A stretch of 64,000 nt of DNA from Eledone cirrhosa (Eukaryota): assembly GCA_964016885.1 (NCBI GenBank), contig OZ024741.1, positions 377,518,001 to 377,582,000 on the forward strand, written 5' to 3'. Position 1 is the stretch's first letter; each line of letters opens with the position of its first letter. This document shows positions 58,446 to 64,000 of this stretch, piece by piece. Position numbers and translations under genes: made by a program. The notes below the pieces were generated by a model, which saw only the letters and a list, made by a program, of their open reading frames with translations, searched no databases and was not told where the DNA came from.

Positions 58446-58646
58446 ATTATTGGGGTTTTGCTTCTGTCATTCTGTAAATGATATAAGCGCAGCTTCTGTA
58501 TTTCCAAGTATTTTGCAACGTAAAGTTTGATATGTAGTACATAGATTATTTATTATTGTCTCTGATATTCGTGATGTTACCAGAAAATCTTGTTAGACTG
58601 GCGGCCAATACTCAAGTCGGAGTATGGGCGTATGGTAATTTTGATA
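58446..58646 (-). pseudogene. Pseudo-exon (201 nt, phase 0/0) with two in-frame stops
   Basis: tttatttAG | YQNYHTPILRLEYWPPV*QDFLVTSRISETIINNLCTTYQTLRCKILGNTEAALISFTE*QKQNPNN | GTatgc. Confidence 0.55.
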
Positions 58647-59859
58647 CTAAATAAATGGTTTTTATCGTAGCCATATAACATGCGGTCAGAGATATCACGC
58701 GGTGGTTCAACACATAAACCACAATAAACTAATTTTGAAAAAGACAAAACAAAAGGAGAGTCATTGGCAATGTAGGCTAATGTAGGCTAATTTAAAGGGA
58801 AACATGCTTATGTTTGGCACATATATATTTATCAGCCACCATAACTGTGGCTGAGAAGTGTACGGCCTCACTTTTATATCAATTAATAAAAAGTAATAAC
58901 TCGGGTTTCATAAAATCTATTTGGTAGATCGGAATTTAAAAGATGTAGTGGAATCATATGTGAGACCGATTACAGATGAACAAGGAACATCGTATTAAGG
59001 TATATTGAACACGTGGCTAAGGAATTAAAGTCTACAATTTTCAGCTATAAAATTAAACACATGCTCTTATATAAAGGCAACTTGTAGGTAAAACAACGAT
59101 GTATACGCACACACACACACACATACACAAACACACACACAGACACACACCCACACATAGAGGCACACACACACACACATCGACATATAGGTGACAATAT
59201 ACAGACATGTACAGTGGGGGTTTACTATACAATCGAATTAAAATGCGCAAAAACAAAAACAAGTAACAATGAAAAAACATCACACAATACAAAAATATAA
59301 CAAAATAAACTCCCTAATTAGGGGGTGGGTAACCATGGGGCGGCTCAGTTACTCCACCAATCCAGAACCACGCGACGCGGTGAGGGCACCTGGGAAGGGA
59401 AACCATCTTCCCCTTAAATTGACCAGCCTACAGGCGCATGTACAGGGCTGGCCCCTTCATATGAGTCATTCTGGCCTCATTTACCCTCCTTTTAGCAAAC
59501 GTATTGGTGGGCAGCACTTTTCTCTCCACCCACATCTTCCTTTCCAAGTAGAAAACGTTGAATGGGGCTGGCTGAAGGTAAATGTGTCTGTTTTCAGTTC
59601 TTTCAACCTGATCCACCTCACAACCTTTTTCTCTACCACCACCAGACAGGATAATTGCCGGCCTTGCCCAGCCAAATGATGCGGGCGGGGCGGTCATCCC
59701 TATGGACACGATCGATAGCCGGATCCATTCTCGAAGTTGAAGCCGCAATATTGCAGGTACTGATCGAATTGTTTGAGGCATCCACCGAACATTCAATGGA
59801 GCGAGAAATCAATACATTATCGTCCAGAGTAAACACAAACGTTAATAATGAAAACACGA

Positions 59860-60385
59860 CCGAAGGCAGTAGCCATACTTATACGACAACAAAGATATAT
59901 ACAAATAAGTTGAAGAAAAAAAGAATCATCAGTACTACACCAACATGCTAAAATAGAACATAAGGGCAAATTAGAGAACATTGAAATAAAAATAGAATCT
60001 ACACACAGTATAGACGCAATGTTTAGACAAATCACAGAGGCAATAGATATAAATGAACTCCAACCACAATTAAATATAAAACATGAATGGAATAGAACAT
60101 CACAACTTACAATTAAGGACAAAATCAAAACACACACACACATAGAACAAACAACCAACCAGTAACATGTAAATAAACAAATAATTAAACAAATAAAAAA
60201 ACACACAGACACCCGGATGTAACACTTGCGCAAACTAAGCACACAACACACACACAAACAAGATGGCGTAGGACAGAACAAAGGAGAGGCACAAAACAAA
60301 GAAAAGAATTCCCAGTCACTGAAGAGGTCACATAATGTGTGAAGAAAGAAATTTGACAATATATGAACAAGCGTCCGGTTATGGA
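59860..60385 (+). mobile_element. PLE 3' end (GIY-YIG C-terminus plus pLTR), related to the 16.8-22.5 kb family, with HHR at 60315-60357
   Basis: KESSVLHQHAKIEHKGKLENIEIKIESTHSIDAMFRQITEAIDINELQPQLNIKHEW. HHR: GTCA-CTGAAGA-ggTCACATaatGTGTGAa-GAAA-GAAA-TT-TGAC. Confidence 0.75.
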
Positions 60386-60489
60386 ACCAACCAAACAACC
60401 GGAAATTTATAAATTTAATTTATAATAAATTTGAGGGGAAAGCACTGGTGCGTGTGTTTCTTATTGGCAACATGAACCTCCCAAAGTTT

Positions 60490-60527
<38 letters not shown>

Positions 60528-60541
60528 AAACTTTGGGAGGG

Positions 60542-60630
<89 letters not shown>

Positions 60631-60699
60631 CATGCGCGCACGCACACACACACACACCCACACTTACATATATATATATATATATATATATAAGTATTA

Positions 60700-63600
60700 A
60701 AATACTAGAGTGTGTTGGAGTTAAACACACTCTTCATATTATAGAAATGACAGTATAAGATATAGCTCAATGTAATTAAACAGAGCTGAAGAATTATAAA
60801 CAATAAACCAAAGAAGCCTTCAATACATCAAAGGTCTTTATTAGGCAACAATAGTTCGTCCTATTATGGACTCATCAGGGCAAGTAAAGCTACAATAAGC
60901 ACTATCGGCCAATACAAGCCAAAAACTCAGAAGAATATGGAGTATACATATATTAAAGCCTAGGAACGATATCAAGGAAAAGTAGGCTAAGATTAAGAGT
61001 GAGCAGTTACAAACATAGATATAGACCAAAGAGCAAGGAAGTGATTAACATGTTGAACCCACATTGTAAATATTATATAATGCAAAAACTTGAAATACAA
61101 ATGGTAATATAATGCGAGAATTACAGTACGATATAGAATATAATATAATAGATGGTGATAATAAAAAGCTTAATATATGTATATATATATATATATCTAT
61201 ACATATATACATTAGTACAAACACAAACTAACACTTATTAAGTATTTAAATATATATGTATATATAGTTTACAGTATAATATAATAAAGATAAAAATAAG
61301 AATAAAGATAAAGATAAAAATAATATATAATATATAATTCCCTGTCAGTGTGCATAAACAATATAAAAACATTATAATAACATTATAATAACAATATTAT
61401 AATATATTGGCATCAAAAGATATACAAAATTACATCATATATATAATTCAAGGTTAACAAATAGTATAAAGTGTTACACAGGCTAAGAAAAAAATCATAT
61501 AGAACCAAATAGTGTTGAAAAAATTGTGTTGAAAAAAATATCTATATCATTGTAACAAATACACGGAGGTCAAGACGTTTTACATTGGCATAAATATTAC
61601 CAAAATATCATAAGATATTACAATATATAACAGAACAGTACTTCGAATAACATATATTAAAATCTATAATACGAATACATAAAACTGATATGATATAACA
61701 ACATTAATGCCAAATATCAAACAGAGTCTAAGGAAATGCTTAATAAATATTTACGTGGTTGCGATACACAGACATATATTAATGAACAGCGTGTGGTAGT
61801 AAAAAAAAAAAAAATGAACCGAAGTTCGAAAAACAAAAACAAGTATATTTACTTAGGTGTCACAAGCGGTTAAGTAAAAGAAGAGATAGAAATGTAAGCG
61901 GCGAATTGACTAGAAAACCTTTTTAAATTAATTAATATTAAAAGTATTTAAAATGCATATTTAGTCACTTCAAAATTGGCTATAGTTTAAATCATCAAAA
62001 ACGTATAAGTTTGAGGTATTTCAATAAAATTATCAAGAATAGAGTAAAATAGAGTAAGGTTATCAAATAAGGTTATCAAATAAAAGGACTCTAAATAGAA
62101 CTATGGTAGACCAATGGGAACATAAAGAAGAGAGGTTATGGAGGATAGGAAGGAGCATAAAAGTAAAATCAATATATTATATAATATCATAAAAGGAGCA
62201 TAAAGGTGAAATTTATATATAGTATAATAGAAGGGGCGGATATTAAGTGTGTAGAGGAGGAGGTACATTCGTTGAATAAGACTCCAACCAAAGTATTTAA
62301 TAAGATATAAACCCATAAGGTGTTAGTACTGAAACTATAATAATGCTTAAGACGATAGATGGGGTATGGAAGCCAAAAGACTAAGGAAACTAAAATCGTA
62401 AAGTTGTAAAAAAACTAATAATAATAAAGATGATGGTAATCAAAATGAACCTAAACAAAAAAGATAAGGAAATATAGCAGCTAATGGATACGATTTAAAC
62501 TACCGGCACTTTTAGGTCTATAATAGAAGAAAGAATTAGAAATGACATGGGGACAGGAAGAAAATATCTCAGACTTTCTATTAAGCAAAACTTCCCTAGA
62601 GAAAATTATTGAGTGGGTCTCTAGGATACAGAGATTACAGAATTTAGTGTGTGTTGATAGGTTATTAGAGCGTGCTACTATACGCCAATTAAGGCTATGT
62701 GGCATGCCTGCTCCTTTAAGATCCCAGATATGGTGTGCTAAAGAAGTAGAGTTATTAAACTTAACATGCTTAAAATTAGAGATATGAGAATTAAACCTAG
62801 TTTTAAAAGTATTAGATGTGGAGCCTATATATGTGCTATTAGAAGAATCAGTTTTATCTTCACAAGCATAAACAATGTTCCTAGAGAGGCAGTGACCATT
62901 TAAAGGGCAGTTAATACTTACTCTACAGTTACACTTCCTGGTGCTATTTACCGGCTGAATAAGTGATGCATCACTTCTAGGGTTATTATAAGATAAGGTC
63001 TGCTCAGGTGGTAAGGCATTAATGGATCTATCAAGAATAGTAGTACGCAAAGAGGAGTAGCTGTCCCTAATTTTCTTATTGTTAGTGCTAGCTAAATGAG
63101 AACTAATATTAGTGGTGGTAGAGAATGATAGTTTAATTACATTTTTATTAAAAATACCATGGTATTTATTAGTAGGGAAATTTTTTTCTAAGATTGGCGT
63201 ATAGTAGCACGCTCTAATAACCTATCAACACACACTAAATTCTGTAATCTCTGTATCCTAGAGACCCACTCTATAATTTTCTCTAGGGAAGTTTTGCTTA
63301 ATAGAAAGTCTGAGATATTTTCTTCCTGCCCCCATGCCATTTCTAATTCTTTCTTCCATTATAGACCTAAAAGTTCTGGTAGTTTAAATCGTATCCATTA
63401 GCTGCTATATTTCCTTATCTTTTTTGTTTAGGTTCATTTTGATTACCATCATCTTTATTATTATTAGTTTTTTTACAACCTTTCGATTTTAGTTTCCATA
63501 GTCTTTTGGCTACCATACCCTATCTATCGTCATAAGCATTATTATAGTTTCAGTACTAACTCCTTATGGGTTTATATCTTATTAAATACTTTGGTTCGAG

Positions 63601-64000
63601 TCTCATTCAACTAATGTACCTCCTTCTCTACACACTTAATATCGGCCCCTTCTATTATACTATATATACATTTCACCTTTATGCTCCTTTTATGATATTA
63701 TATAATATATTGATTTTACTTTTATGCTCCTTCCTATCCTCCATAACCTCTCTTATTTATGTTCCCATTGGTCTACCATAGTTCTATTTAGAGTCCTTTT
63801 ATTTGATAACGTTATTCGACTGAACGGAGCATATTTTACTCTATTTTACTCTATTCTTGATAATTTTATTGAAATATCTCAAACTTATACGTTTTTGATG
63901 ACTTAAACTATAGCCAAATTTGAAGTGACTAAATATGTATTTTAAATACTTTTAATATTAATTAATTTTAAAAGGTTTTCTAGTCAATTCGCCGCTTACA
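60700..64000. mobile_element. Naiad-type PLE 3' part (minus, ~63192-60700) joined head-to-head to an inverted copy (plus, 63193 to the window end)
   Basis: ORF 62481..63050: CNCRVSINCPLNGHC...IVYAC...YIGSTSNTFKTRF...CNLCILE...SCPH. 63193-64000 is the reverse complement of ~61890-62689. Degenerate HHR at 60841-60883(-): CTGATGA-GTCCataataGGAC-GAA. Confidence 0.85.

Overview
AT-rich eukaryotic (animal) genomic DNA, most likely a coleoid cephalopod such as Octopus. That is inferred from the SINE/LINE repertoire and the (TA)n/(CA)n load, not proven. No intact host gene is present. The window is the intron space of a decayed multi-exon gene on the minus strand: GT-AG-bounded exons from about 58.6 kb down to about 8.5 kb, several with in-frame stops or frameshifts. 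It has been invaded by at least 8 Penelope-like retroelement (PLE) copies encoding RT plus GIY-YIG, mostly Naiad-type (DKT/GLYRDD). It also contains RTE and L1/Tx1 LINE fragments, tRNA-derived SINEs, a mariner scrap, a 436-bp non-autonomous Helitron and kb-scale (TA)n arrays. The most striking hidden layer is RNA structure. By eye I can fold about 28 type I hammerhead ribozyme (HHR) motifs of about 10 unrelated sequence families. They sit both in PLE pseudo-LTRs and in short non-coding 310-520 bp tandem or inverted units that look like retrozymes. One family has a compensatory U3-A8 core and a long extended helix I. Almost every PLE or HHR unit is arranged as a head-to-head inverted duplication. 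One young Naiad-type ORF has an in-frame TGA that may encode selenocysteine. Most ORF-track entries are microsatellite artefacts. All folds and alignments were done by eye.
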